Below are positions 12,401 to 25,145 of a DNA stretch of 64,000 nucleotides, one piece after another. Positions within the stretch are counted from its first letter, which is position 1; every line of letters starts with the position of its first letter. The stretch is from Podarcis bocagei. Its lineage: Eukaryota. Below the pieces are notes generated by a model. The model was given only the letters and a program-made list of their open reading frames with translations. It did no database searches and was not told the origin of the DNA. The stretch is from the NCBI GenBank assembly GCA_964188305.1, contig OZ076894.1. One strand, 5' to 3'. The translations under genes were made by a program, and so were the position numbers.

Positions 12401-13299
12401 CAATGGGCGAGGGTGGGCTCTGAAGGCAGCTTTCGACACCGGATTCCACCATGGTAGTGGAAAGGAAATGGCAAGGTGCAGTTAAAGAAACTTCGAAGGC
12501 TCATCAAAGAATCCTTTCAAGTTCTCGCTCCTCAAAAAATAGCGACGGCCCAGCAGCTTCATCTGCCTTTGGGCTGCCTCCTAAAAGCAGTCGCAGCACC
12601 GATGAGAGAAATGCTCGAACATAAAGCATTTTCTTGGGCTACACTTAAATTTGAGACTGCTATGCGGAGGAGTGAGTAAACAGGAAAGTATAGTGTAGGA
12701 AGGGTATTTTTGGAGGGTGGGGGTAAATTTCCGGAAAAAATTAAGTGTAAATGTAATTGTCACACCCCACACCCCAGTTAGATTCGCTTCTCTGTGTAGA
12801 AAAAAAGAATCTAACATTATAATTGCAAGAGGAAAAGTACTGCAAAGATCCTAGGGAAGGACAAATTTTCCCATCTCTTTAGGCAGATCTGCCCTCTGCG
12901 TTTTCTATCCTCTCCTCTTCAGTGTATTTTATAGCAAGGGATGTAGCGAATATGTTGAAAGCCACCCCTTCTAGTTCAGAGACCGAGTCCACAGGATAAG
13001 TACCTTGCAAAGAAAATACTATTTAAAACAGAGAGGAGCAGTCCAGTCTTAACGTCTTGCTTAAAGCTGTGAGGCTTACTTTCAAGTAATGCGTTTTAGG
13101 ATCGGAGGGTAAGTTTAATACTAGAGGATGAAGCTTACTGGAGTTTAATTACGCTTTAGCCTTTAAGCTAATTTGAAGTGCGTTAAGTCACGTTTCTTTC
13201 AGATCTGATCTGGCTAATATCCTAACATCTTTCCAAAGTCTGTCACTAGACGTGACTGAACTAAAAATATTTAATAATATTTTTATTAAAAAAAACCAC

Positions 13300-14020
13300 A
13301 CCCGTATCTACAGTCTAGCCGGCGCATTAATTTAATAGACTGCTTCTCTTCCCACCCCACGACAACTAGCAATAAACTTTTATATTGCAGTACCAGACGA
13401 AAAAAGGTTGCACGTGTTTCAGCATTAAAGTGTCAAGGAGAGCCTCCCAGTCCCTTTGGCTTCTTAGATCCAAGGTGTAATTGAAAGGAAACAGCAGGAT
13501 TGAACCCCGACGCACGACTTTCTGGCTCCTGCCTGCTGGAAGCTACCCATAAAAACGGGGAGGGGGAAAATCCAGGCATTGGCATGTCCTCTCCAGACTT
13601 GTAAAGTTGCCCTGATGCCCCCCCTCCATGTTAATCTACCTCTTCTATGTAGAAGGGGAGTGGTTGCTGCTGCTGCTGCTGCGCTCTCTCTCTCACTCTC
13701 TCTCTCTTTCTCTCTCTCCTTTTTAAAGGTACTCAAGTGCATTAAAAAAATGCTTGTCAAATGGCACTGAAATACAACTCATATCCGAGGAAATTGTTTC
13801 TAACCACTAAGTTTGCTTTGGGGGTATGCGTCAAGATGTGGTTGAGGATAGTTAGATAAGAGGTTGACTGGGTGGGAGTTAAAGAGCAAGTTCTGTGCAT
13901 TACTGTGGATAAGAAGAAAGCATGATATTAAAAAAAGAAGAAGGGGGGGGGTTGTTTCAGTTGCTCCATCAATCTTATTGGCTGGCCATAATGTGACAGT
14001 TACAATTCCCATTTGTTCTT
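13300..14020. promoter_or_regulatory. Upstream homeodomain-motif-rich regulatory block
   Basis: Pbx-Hox-type AGATTGATGG (- strand, 13966-13975), ATTGG (13977-13981), Meis-type TGACAG (13994-13999), CCATAAAA (13547-13554), E-box CACGTG (13411-13416), and a (GCT)n plus CT-rich tract (13663-13720). Confidence 0.5.
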
Positions 14021-15544
14021 CCTACAATTAGCTCCATGGTTTTTATCCCTGAGCTGGATCAGGCTGAACAGTCATTTAGGACTTCCTCTGGAAAATACAG
14101 CAGAGTTAGGTCATTTTTCTGCCTCCCCTTTAGCCTCTGCCTTTGGGGGCATATTTGCCATGCAGTCTGAGAGCATTCTAGCAGATCAGCGTGGTATCAG
14201 GTTACTCAAAGGCTCTCCAAAGATAACCCCCTCAACTTACTAATTGTACTTTGCTGCTGCTATTTTCTTATATTTGGGAGGCAGGGCAGGTATCCATTTG
14301 TGCCTAACGACAGCTGAAAAAATCTTTCAGCCTGCCTGAAGATCTTGTAATTACATGAAGTTACTATAGACTCTGAATTTTCATTAAGCAGAAAAATCCT
14401 AGAAAAGCCATAGGAAAATAAACCTAGTTATCTTTTTCTATTTTAAAAATGGGGGGTGGCAGGTAGAACATTCAGATTTAATGGGAAATAAATGTTTACA
14501 ACTTAAGCCCCAATTTATCTCTCAACATCTCACAAAGCAGACTGATCCACAATATCATCAAAATAAAGTACTAGGATCTAAGCCAATTAAATAGGTAAAT
14601 CAGTTTAAAATCAAATCTTTCAGCTATGCTGTATGCTGCAGTGCCCTGTCAGTAGCCCATTAATAAATTAGTAAATGGGTCTTTTGATTTTGAGGTCAAA
14701 TATAACAAAACTGTAGCTGCAGCTTTCATTGTACAGGTATTTCCAGTTTACTGCATTAAGAGAGAAATATGATAAGTTTCTTTTTTAAAAAATAAATAAA
14801 ACATCCTTACAAAGAAATATTACTAAGCTGCCATGGGTATTTTGAGAAATTTAGTTTGCTTGGCCATAAATTAGCAAAACAAATATTCTACTCAGATCAC
14901 TGACTAAGCTCTAAAATTAAATGGCTGTCTGCAATGAGAAATATGTCTTAATTACCTTAATTAAGGCAAACTAGGGTCCTACATGCATCCATTCTGGAGC
15001 CACTGAATGTACTGATTATCATACAAATCAACCTTTAAATGGGGGTCATGCTTTTCTGCTACATTAGTTTGTGTTCCACTGCATAAACCAATGCTCTAGA
15101 TGAGGTTGACCTCTAGTGAAAGCATGGTACTTTAGTTTCACCCAGGCATTGACCCTCTTTACTATGGACTCATAAAAGAACCAACTTGACAGAGTCCACA
15201 TATTGCCTGGGGCAGGAGGGATCCAAGTGATCCTCGTGCTGTCATACATCACCACCACTATACTATTGCTACTATTAACTGAGCAAGGCTTTGTACATAG
15301 CCATGGTAATTTCTTAAGTATGCTGTACTCAAAATTTTTAGTCATTGCAATTTCATATTAATTACATATTTCTTTTTAAAAATGTGGTAAACAATGTGGT
15401 TTACAGAAGCAAGAAACAAAAAATATAATGTATATCAAATTTAAGCAGTATAAAACCATAATTCAAAAGTACCAAAAATCTACAGTAAAATATCTACACC
15501 TAGTTTCCAAATGCCCAGTGGATTAAACATAATTTAACCTGCTA

Positions 15545-16272
15545 CCAAAAAATAAATCAAGGAGGAACCTACTGAAACGTCCATAGCTCTGGGGTCACCA
15601 TAGAAAAGTACCTTCATCAAGTAAGATATCATTGCCTTCCTAGAAACAATACCTATCGGAAGGTAACAGTGCCCATTCTTAAAACCTTAGGGAGTTTAAG
15701 ATACTTGAGACCTGAGGCATGTAAAGGATTTAAAGCTCTGTACTTACTATAAAAAATTGTCTAAAAACAACTTTAGCTAATGCTTATGCAGATAACTCAG
15801 AATAGATATGGTATGTTCTCCCCTATCCACACGCATCAATAAACTGGCAGCAAAATTCTTTATCAGTTGCCAAACTGTCTTTAAGGGAATCCTAATGCGG
15901 GTAGCACTGTGGGTTAAACCACAGAGCCTAGGGCTTGACGATCAGAAGGTCAGCGGTTCGAATCCCCGCGACACGGTGAGCTCCTGTTGCTCGGCCCCTG
16001 CTCCTGCCCACCTAGCAGTTCGAAAGCACGAAGTGCAAGTAGATAAATAGGTACCGCTCTGGCGGGAAGGTAAACGGCATTTCTGTGTGCTGCTCTGGTT
16101 CACCAGAAGCAACTTAGTCATGCTGGCCACATGACCCAGAAGCTGTATGCCGGCTCCCTCAGCCAGTAAAGCAAGATGAGTGCCACAACCCCAGAGTCAT
16201 CCGTGACTGGACCTAACGGTCAGGGGTCCCTTTATCTTTACCTTTAAGGTATATCACACATTACAGTAGTCT
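15545..16272 (-). mobile_element. Decayed L2-like LINE fragment interrupted by a Sauria SINE
   Basis: GGGGTCACCATAGAAAAG, AAACTGGCAGCAAAATTCT and, after the SINE, CACATTACAGTAGTC follow the order expected for the reverse strand of an L2 3' region (recognised from recall). Confidence 0.45.
15885..16246 (+). mobile_element. Sauria SINE
   Basis: tRNA-like head with B box GGTTCGAATCC, body CAAGTAGATAAATAGGTACC, and an ACCTTT-type tail. CTTTAAGG occurs at both ends. Closely similar to four other copies in the window. Confidence 0.95.
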
Positions 16273-16699
16273 GCAACGGACACAGGTGTGAGGATCCCAT
16301 GCTCATGTCCATCTCATGTGAGACGATTGCTCATATGTCTATTTATCATACACACTTTTATTGGAAAACTATGACTGACAGCAGGTTCCCAGGACCTACA
16401 GTAAAACAGGCATGTACAATCTTCTGATATGAAATGCTTCAGCTCCCCCTGCCCACACTTGAGTTATTGTGAAGAATCCTTAACACTGGTAGATATTCCC
16501 CAATGGCCACTTACACAACCTTGTTAAATTTAATCAATGGAATTACGTTCACTTTCTCAGGATCTACTGTCAAATATTATACTATAAGGTAATTGCCTAT
16601 AACATCCATGATGGAAAGACAGAGTAGATAAACTGAGTGAAAAATATTATCCAGCCGCTGATTTAGTGTGTAAGCTGGCAAGAGAGTTATTTAGCCAAA

Positions 16700-16740
16700 T
16701 CGTTCTCCCGCAGCCTCAATTCTCTCTCCATAAAATGGGA
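16700..16740 (+). mobile_element. MIR/CORE-like fragment
   Basis: GCCTCAATTCTCTCTCCATAAAATGGG resembles the CORE motif GCCTCAGTTTCCTCATCTGTAAAATGGG. Confidence 0.35.
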
Positions 16741-16846
16741 ACAAAAAAGCAACACAACAAATGTAAATATTTTCCAAGTTAAAAGTGCTACATTAATTAT
16801 GGTCCTTAATTATATATCACTCACTTATTTGTATATATTTGTATAT

Positions 16847-16905
16847 CATAGAATCATAGAATCATAGAGTTGGAAGAGACCACAAGGGCCATCGAGTCCA
16901 ACCCA
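16847..16905 (-). mobile_element. Extremely 5'-truncated CR1 LINE (3' end only)
   Basis: (CATAGAAT)n is the reverse complement of the CR1 (ATTCTATG)n tail, followed by GTTGGAAGAGACCACAAGGGCCATCGAGTCCAACCC. A 15-bp direct repeat TATATATTTGTATAT flanks it (16832-16846, 16906-16920). Confidence 0.9.
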
Positions 16906-17274
16906 TATATATTTGTATATAGTATACATATATTTATGGTATATTCATATTTACTTTTTGGAGTAGAAATAAAATTTGTTTCAACTATGACACCCTCATA
17001 GACTTTCTTAAAGTACCATTTCCTCTGACCACAGAATGCTTGAAATAATTTCTAACAGTTGTTGCCATCAACTGTTAAGCTCAAACATAGCTACAGGTCT
17101 CAGGGACTACATAATGCAAAACTTTCAAGTTGATGCATCCAGCAGTATACACCAGCCTGACTGAAAAGTGGTGGGGGAAATAATTTCTTGGATTGGGGGG
17201 AGGGGTTATACAACTGATCTTATATATGTTTACTAATAAAAATATGAACACAATATTGTTTTCCAATTAAAGTA

Positions 17275-17277
<3 letters not shown>

Positions 17278-17321
<44 letters not shown>
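17278..17321. repeat. (TAA)n microsatellite
   Basis: Perfect trinucleotide run. Confidence 0.95.
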
Positions 17322-18048
17322 GGAAGGACCTAGTATTGCTGCTTTCATGTCTATACCCTGTCAGTCTAGTGGCAACACACTCTGTTCCTGTCTGTCCAGG
17401 AGAACTGTTTCTAATTGATCTGACATGGAATTTAGCTGGAGATGTGTATGTTGCAACCCAAGCACCATCCCTATATGCTTTGTAAAGTGATCACCATATG
17501 GGCCTTATTTGAAATATTTGAGGTTTCCATCAATTTACCTTGGTTAAATTGAGCTGTAAATTCATCTCAAATTTATATTTCCTGAGTTCTGAATACTTTA
17601 TGCATGTGTGTGTTGCATATGTACAGACATTTTTTTAATGGATAAATATTCCTTATAAGTTTTGAACAAAGGAGGCGTACACCAGAACTATTTTCACTTA
17701 TTTATGCAATTAAAACACTCTACAATTACCATGGGGGTTTAAATAAAGGAAGCTAAGCCAAATGGAATGCATCATATTTGAAGCTGCTAGACAGTAATTC
17801 ATTCAGTGCTACTTATTTTGGGTAAGGAGCAATTATGAATTCTAAAATTCTGCAGATTGGCTCCTATTTTAAAATTTAAAAGGTATAGCAACTCTTTGTT
17901 ATAGTTAATAGTACTAAGTTATGAATGCTGATGGCCTTCTACTGCAGCCTTAAATTGCCTTGAAAAAGATACAGTTTCTTTAATTAAAAAAGCTGCACTG
18001 AACTAATCCCTCTAGCTGAAAAAAGAAAAGTTTTAAGCAATCTCTGCT

Positions 18049-18380
18049 NNNNNNNNNNNNNNNNNNNNNNNNNNNNNNNNNNNNNNNNNNNNNNNNNNNN
18101 NNNNNNNNNNNNNNNNNNNNNNNNNNNNNNNNNNNNNNNNNNNNNNNNNNNNNNNNNNNNNNNNNNNNNNNNNNNNNNNNNNNNNNNNNNNNNNNNNNNN
18201 NNNNNNNNNNNNNNNNNNNNNNNNNNNNNNNNNNNNNNNNNNNNNNNNNNNNNNNNNNNNNNNNNNNNNNNNNNNNNNNNNNNNNNNNNNNNNNNNNNNN
18301 NNNNNNNNNNNNNNNNNNNNNNNNNNNNNNNNNNNNNNNNNNNNNNNNNNNNNNNNNNNNNNNNNNNNNNNNNNNNNNNN
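18049..18380. other. Assembly gap (332 N)
   Basis: Run of N. Confidence 1.
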
Positions 18381-19920
18381 TTCATTCCTTTTCTTTTTCC
18401 TGAAAAAAGCTAACTTATATACTTCACTCATGGGAACTTTTTCTTTTTATACACAAGATCTCAAGAAGGGGTCCAATAATTTTTTCTCCCCACCCGGTTT
18501 ACTATTAATTACTGGAGTGCATCTATGCAGCTCGAGTGACAAAAGTATAAGGCATGAAGAAAGCAGGCAGAGAGGACCCTCAAGGCATGCTTAGCCAAGA
18601 TTGTTTCCTTTAGCTATGCTTTCACTAGCCTAAAGATAAAATAAAATCAAATGTGACATATGACAAGAGTCTAAATTTAAATGGCAGTAAAAATATTTGC
18701 AGAGGGAGCTTAATGATATTACTTTCCATACAACTATAAAGTTGAATTGCTATATTTTTTGTATCACATAGAATAGACTCTTCACAAGAGTATAAGGTAC
18801 ACACAACACAAGCACATATAAATTTCTGTAAGATCTTGGGACATCCTTAAAATTGTAATTTAACAGATAAGGCAGTAGATTAAAAAGACAAAAATAGTGC
18901 AGTAAAAATTGTTGTATGCTTCAGTGAGAGGGCTTAATTATAAGTAGGAATACAATAATGAAAGGTCAGTGGGCTGAAGCTGAAATCTTAAGTAAGACTT
19001 ACTAGGAAGCAAGCCCTACTTGATCCAATAGCTGGGACCCAGAGAACTGCTTGGGCATGCCCAGTTGATGTTCCACGCCCCTTTGAATAGCAGACATGTC
19101 ACAAACTACTTTTGAAACCGCCCTTCAGTTCAAAATAAGTTTGTCAAGTGGAATAAGGGGCTGCTGTTTAAGGGAAATGTATCCAAAGTTCTCTTTGGCA
19201 TGTGAAACTAGTTGCACAGTTCTTTGGATTCAGGCCAGGAAGACTTTCTTGTGGATGTTTTGAATCAGATTGTGAGTCAATTTAAATACTGTAAAGGCTG
19301 CATAATTGTAGACAACATTTTTTTAAAAAAATCTGAGGATATAGAATCTATTATCACACTGACCTCTCATATGGTATTTGCTTTGATAGTCCTAGATGCT
19401 GAGGTCAAATACCGAGATGTTAGCAAGAAGGCTGGCATAATACACAAAATGCATTAGCTTTTCGTATACTTTGTGAATGTTCAAAACAACATACCTGCAG
19501 CAGTTTTCAAAAAAGAAATAATCATTGAGCTCTACACATGGCATTAGACTTGACACAATAACTTCTGAAAGTGGCACTAATGGTGCAAAATCGGTATGCA
19601 TAGCAGCTAGAGTGGGTCAAAAGAAAAGGGTTGAATCCAAACCAAATTAGGGAGCAATCCTAACTCCTGACCAGGGACCAGTGGGGCTGAACAGAGCAGC
19701 AGAGCCACCATCATATCTGAAGCCCTGCCACTCATGCTGGCCAGAGCAGAAGGTAGGGTAGTGTGTCTTCCCCACATTCTGAGGTGGGGGGCGGGGCGGG
19801 TGCATCAGCTCTAGGGTAGCACATCAGAGAGGCCCAAATCTAGTCCATCACTGATAGCTGGGCTTAGGATCCAGCAGAACCTTGGCTAGTCCAATTCTTC
19901 CCCCTCCTTGTAGCATTCTG

Positions 19921-20451
19921 AGGGTTTACACTAGGTACTGGCAGTGGTGGGGGACAGCTCCTTCTGGGCTGTCCACCTTTGGTCCACATCCTGCACTCAG
20001 CTCACACCTGTGGCTCCCAGAAGCTGTCAGCATGTGACAGCAGTCACATCCTGGTAAACAGCTTATACTGGCCAGCTAAACCAGGTAAGGGTTCTCAGAT
20101 CCTTAACCTCTGTTGCCTTGCAGGATATCTTCAGGAGAAAAAGCTAAGGAGGAAACCCTACACAAATCAGGAGTGGAGTCCCTAAGACTGTTGGATGGGG
20201 CCTTGTACACCTTCTTCTGGCAACTCCTGCAGCCTAACTGGTGGCAAACCGATTGCTCTGCTTTCCTTTGGACCTCATCAGCATGGCTGATGAAGAAGGT
20301 ATTGTTATCTGGGCAGTCCAGGACCTCCATACACACTGCCTAAGCTTGTGCTCCGGGGTAGTGATTTCGGTGTTGCTAATGCAGCAATTTGACTTCATCT
20401 CCGGGGCTGCACTCCGTTGTCTCTTGAGACAGACAGATGGCAACAACAACA
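19921..20451 (+). mobile_element. Non-autonomous RTE-type retroelement (5' UTR plus 3' tail, no ORF), copy 1
   Basis: Collinear with 48148-48841 and 55139-55921. Starts AGGGTTTA and ends in a TGTCTC-TT-GAGACA stem-loop plus (CAA)n. Has internal deletions. No clear TSD. Confidence 0.8.
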
Positions 20452-21813
20452 GATATAGTCTTGGACTCCTGGCACTGAAAACAGTTGTCAAGACTGAGAT
20501 CATGGTGAGACCTGGCACAAATTAAATCCTGAAAACCAGGGCATTGCTACCTATTCAACAAGTGGATGGACACAGAGATATCACCCGTTTAATGCTTCAG
20601 GATGCTACTACATGGGCTCAGTTAACAAGATACAGATGAAATGGGGTAAAAGGAGCTCCATACGAATGCTAGCCTCATAAACTTTGAAAATTATGGGCCA
20701 CTAGCAATGTACACATAGGGTTTTTTAGGGGTATGTGATTAGCTTCATTATTCTGGAGATGGCCTCAATTTTCAAAAGTCTAAGAAGTAATTCCCTAGGG
20801 GATGTAGAGGAAAGGATTCTCCCCTACATCTAAAGTTTAAGACAAGAATATTCTCAGATAAAGTTTTAATATGTTTTTAAATGGAAGCTCTTTGATGTTG
20901 CTCAGAAGTTTGCAACTCTAGTTGGAATCTCCAAAAGACTAAATTAGTGGGCACAGTACAGGTGAAATATTCAAATGTACATTATATAATTATCTGTTTA
21001 AACCAAAACATGCTTCCATTTGTCCAAATTGCTATAAAATTTAATCAATCTGTTTGTCTATACAGTACACACAGAGTTTCTTTCTATCTCAGACATGTTG
21101 CATTTCTGATTTTCTAAAATGGAAACCCTTCCACACAGTTCTAATTATATGGCAGGAAAATTCATGTGACTGCGGTCAGCAGAACTTGGACGTGAGTCTC
21201 TAAATATCATTCCTCATCTGAATGGTAGACTGTGAGCTTATAATGGGTTTTATTATAATGGAAGACAACTCCTTACTGAATGACATCATTTGTTTTGCAG
21301 GAGATATACTGATAGACTGGGGCAATCAGACGAAGTTTTTTTTGTCAACATAATGGTATTACTAATTCCCCCGTGGGTAACCTATTATGTACACATTAAT
21401 ATACTGATGTATGGTACTCATCGTATTGTTAAAGATTTAGGATCCTAAGCATATTTCTGTACTTAAAGGAAAGTGGAACAGACTTAGCTGCGGAGAAGGC
21501 TATATAAAATGGTTGGTGCCAGCTATATTATCCCAGTACTCTGATATGTTTTGGTTTTTAAACTAGTACTCACACTCCCCAACCAGACTCCCCAACTATA
21601 GTGCTGGAATTCTTTAAAAACGGAGGTCTGTAGAGTGAGCAGGAATGGGTGTCAGATTCTTGGCAGGAAAACCAACGTATTATTCCCATAAGAGTTGGAA
21701 AGAATTATTAAGAGAATTACACAATGTAAATATACATGTTCAGTTGAAATGGTAGCTTACTGAAAATAAGGTACTGAAAGATATTTAATTCACATGGAAA
21801 TTCTAAGCCACAC

Positions 21814-22194
21814 TGGCCTGGTTTGCAAGACACAATAAGCCAAATGATAGCTTGCCAAGACTATGCAAGCAAGCAGGCTCCTGGATAGGAGTTTGCAGCT
21901 GCTTTGCTTCTCTCTGGCCTTTTTACTACTTCTATGATAAGTCAAGATTTAGCTTAGTGGGTAGTCCAAACTCAAACTTGTAGTTAAGCTGTAGCCAAAG
22001 CTTGTTTGTGAGCAGAGAACTTAACCATGAGCCCATGTTTGGAGGGCGTGTTCCACAAAGCCAGGCCTTAGCTAAATGCACCATGGGAATAAAAAGGACA
22101 GGGAGGAGCAAAGTGGTTGCATGCTTCTCTTCAGGAGTATGCACATTCACATGCAGCATGTAGTTTAGCTTACTGTGATGTGCAAACCAAGCCA
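21814..22194. mobile_element. Palindromic MITE-like element
   Basis: TGGCCTGGTTTGCAAGACACAATAAGC is an imperfect inverted match to GCTTACTGTGATGTGCAAACCAAGCCA. Inner arms GCTGCTTTGCTTCTC / GAGGAGCAAAGTGG also match. Confidence 0.7.
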
Positions 22195-25145
22195 CAACCT
22201 AATTTGTGTCAGCAGATTCAAATACCTTGATTTCACATCATGGTCACAATTATGATAACGGCTGCTTTATCAAACCTGTTGCTACTTCTGTCGTTAGCAG
22301 CTAAAGATAGGTCTTTTTTAGGTTATCCTGAAGGACATTACTGATGGCCAAGGCAATATTAACTCACAAGTTGTGTTGGCACATAGTATAACTTCTGATT
22401 GATTGGTGGAATGAATGATAAATGGGACTGATTAGTATTTTATCTTGTTCCCCAGGTCATGAACCTTTTAATCTTATTCAGCTATACTAGAGAATATTCA
22501 ATGTCTCTGAAATTTGGACTCTGAAGTCTCCACTAAACACAACAAATGTAAAGGTTTGTATTTTCTATTTCATTAATGTGTTTGGGTTCGTCACTATAGT
22601 GTAGATTTAAGCCTGACAAATCTATTTATTGTTCCATCAAAAGTGTCCAGTTGATGTTCTGTTCTTCACTCTCCACTTGCGTCTTCATGTGGAAACATTA
22701 CAAAACTGGGATCCCATGTAATTATCCCTTTTGCTGAGATTTATTATTAATAATCAAAATGTTTGTGCAAAGGCAAACAACTTTTTGGCCATTTCAGACA
22801 CATGCAAGGAAACAATATGTAGCCTTAAGAGATTGGGGGGGGGGGGGCAGAACTGCAGTAGAAAGATAGAGGAAGCTCAAGCTGGAGTTTTAGGCTTGCA
22901 GTCTAGCCGATATTCATAATGTTCTGTTCGTAGAAGTGCCAGAGAATGGTAAGAGGAGGGATGCCCTGGTCCCGAAGCAGGAAAATAAACATATTTCCAG
23001 TTCTTGCTCATTTTGTACATGCAGATGCATATCAAGCTACAGTATGTAAATAAAAATTGCACAGTGCCTAACACTGAATCTAATATTGCAAATCCTGATG
23101 GGCAGGAACCCCAATATTAAGCAGGTCAAAAAAATGGCGATTCTTGCCAGAACTAAATTTAGTGCCATATGCAAAAGCAACAGGGAGCCAGAGCCCTCTC
23201 CGCACATTGCAAGCTGTGAACAAGGCTAAAACAGAACCGAGCTTATGCTAGCATCTCCGCAAGTTCAGCTAAATACTTGTTTTGAGATAACACTTAAGTT
23301 CCAGTGGGCTGCTTAAATGCCTGAGAGAATGAGACCTAACCGAATGGAGTAGTCCCTGTAGAAAACCTAAGTAAATTAGAGAAGACATAGACACAGCAAT
23401 GATCACAGTGAAGATGTGCTGATAAGACTGTGATAGTACTAATATAAACAACAAATATTTGCTGCATTGTTGGAGGAGGTGAGCATCGGGCAAATTATTT
23501 TCACTTGCTGTATATAAGTTCATATTATTAGTTCATTCCTCCCAAAAGAAATAGTGATGTAATGTTCTGTTTTTTCACATTATTTTAAAAACTGTGCAGT
23601 CCTTGTGTCTTTTTTGTTTATTTCAAATACTTTATCAGTGAACAAATGATGCAGCTGAATGAGACATACAAACTACAATTGATTTAGAAGACTCCATCTA
23701 TATATCAATATGAAATACTAAACATATTCAGATAATAACAGAAAGAAAGCTGCTAAAAGAAATACCTAGTGCCCCATAACCTATTTATTTAAACAATTTT
23801 CACTACTAATGTAATATTAAGAATGGAAAGCTGCCAAAACTTGGCAATCAGGAATCTCTCTGGCATAATAAAACCATGCCCTAAAACCGTAGCGGTAGAA
23901 ATCAACACAGTCACTTTGTCTCCACAGTACACTTAACCATTTGCACTGGGAAGGTATCAACACAAAGACTGCAGAAAACCTACACCAGCTAATGCAAATA
24001 GTTTCCTGATATCAACAAAACTGTACTGAATCCTTTTCTAATCCCCAAAAGTCAAATTAGGAGATCAGGAACTATCAGAATCATTGCAAAAGGTACAAAG
24101 CTATTTCTTGCTGCATCTTGGATGTAGCACTAAAGTGAATCTGCACTCAGAACATCATCACAATTAAACATCCATGAGGTGTTTTCTTTTTTAAAAAGAA
24201 TTCAGAAATCAACTACTTTGGCATTACTAAATGGCTAAATCATGTTGTGGATGTCACAATTGTAAGTGCGAATTAGAATTACAATGGCAGGTTCTCCATT
24301 TTATCATGTTTTTCTAGTGTTGACATAGACTTGGACACCTTGCAGGTATGTATCACAGCAGCCCAGGGAGATAGGAAGTAATTATCAAAGGCTAGGAGTC
24401 AAGTCAATACTTAAAACTGTAAGCCGTTTTTATCTTATTTCCATGAATAATGTTTCTTACTTTAAAGTGCACATGTCACACTTGGGGTGGGTGGGTAAAA
24501 GAAGCATAGCATAAACAGTGGTAATAAAAGTAGTCACTTAGCTGAAGATGACTTGAATGTTAAAATATTACTTTTAATAAAATAAAGTTTCCCCAAATGA
24601 GTGCATAACAATTACAATACAGATTAATGAATGTAAGTGGAGTTTGGGGATTTTCTCCCCTTAAAAAACTAATCTTATCCAAAAGACTAGATCTTCATCA
24701 TAATTTGTCCTAAATATTTTATTGATTTCATAGGAGCTGCTTGAGTCCCCTTTTTAACACAGCGATACATGGACGGAGCAATCTCATTGATCTAACTAGG
24801 TCAGTGTTCCAACTAGGTTTTACACAGGGTGTAATACAGCTTCTGCTGTCTCTGCTTCTCACACAGATACTGATACACAAGCAGCACAAGGCAAAAATAG
24901 CCTCATTTTTACAAACATTTCTTGTTGTATGAATAGCTCACTTACCAGAATAGTATAATATGTGCTCAAGATGAGAATGTACAAGGTGCAGCTACAGCAA
25001 TTTTCCTGGTCAGGGATGTACCTTCTGTAACTTCTCTGATGGTTGAAGTTGGAGCACTTATCTACATTACACTTCTCACAGAAATATATTATTTGTATGA
25101 GGAAAATGGATGAGAACAAAAAATACGATGTGCTAATTGACTCAA

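Larger units (their letters stand above)
8880..12670. promoter_or_regulatory. CpG island / promoter region of an unidentified - strand gene
   Basis: Abrupt rise in GC and CpG density against a CpG-depleted background, with no recognisable transposon inside. Contains GC-rich and purine tracts, TATA-like TATAAAT on the - strand (10264-10270) and a CCAAT box (10461-10465). Confidence 0.9.

Noticed and set aside
15950-15970. tRNA-like B box GGTTCGAATCC (also in the other copies)
   Set aside because: Part of Sauria SINE heads. No cloverleaf, so not tRNA genes.
17984-18431. 132-133 aa ORFs
   Set aside because: Artefacts of the N gap.
19212-19457. 81-aa ORF with protein-like composition
   Set aside because: Non-ATG start, no convincing splice signals or family motif, and a length expected by chance.
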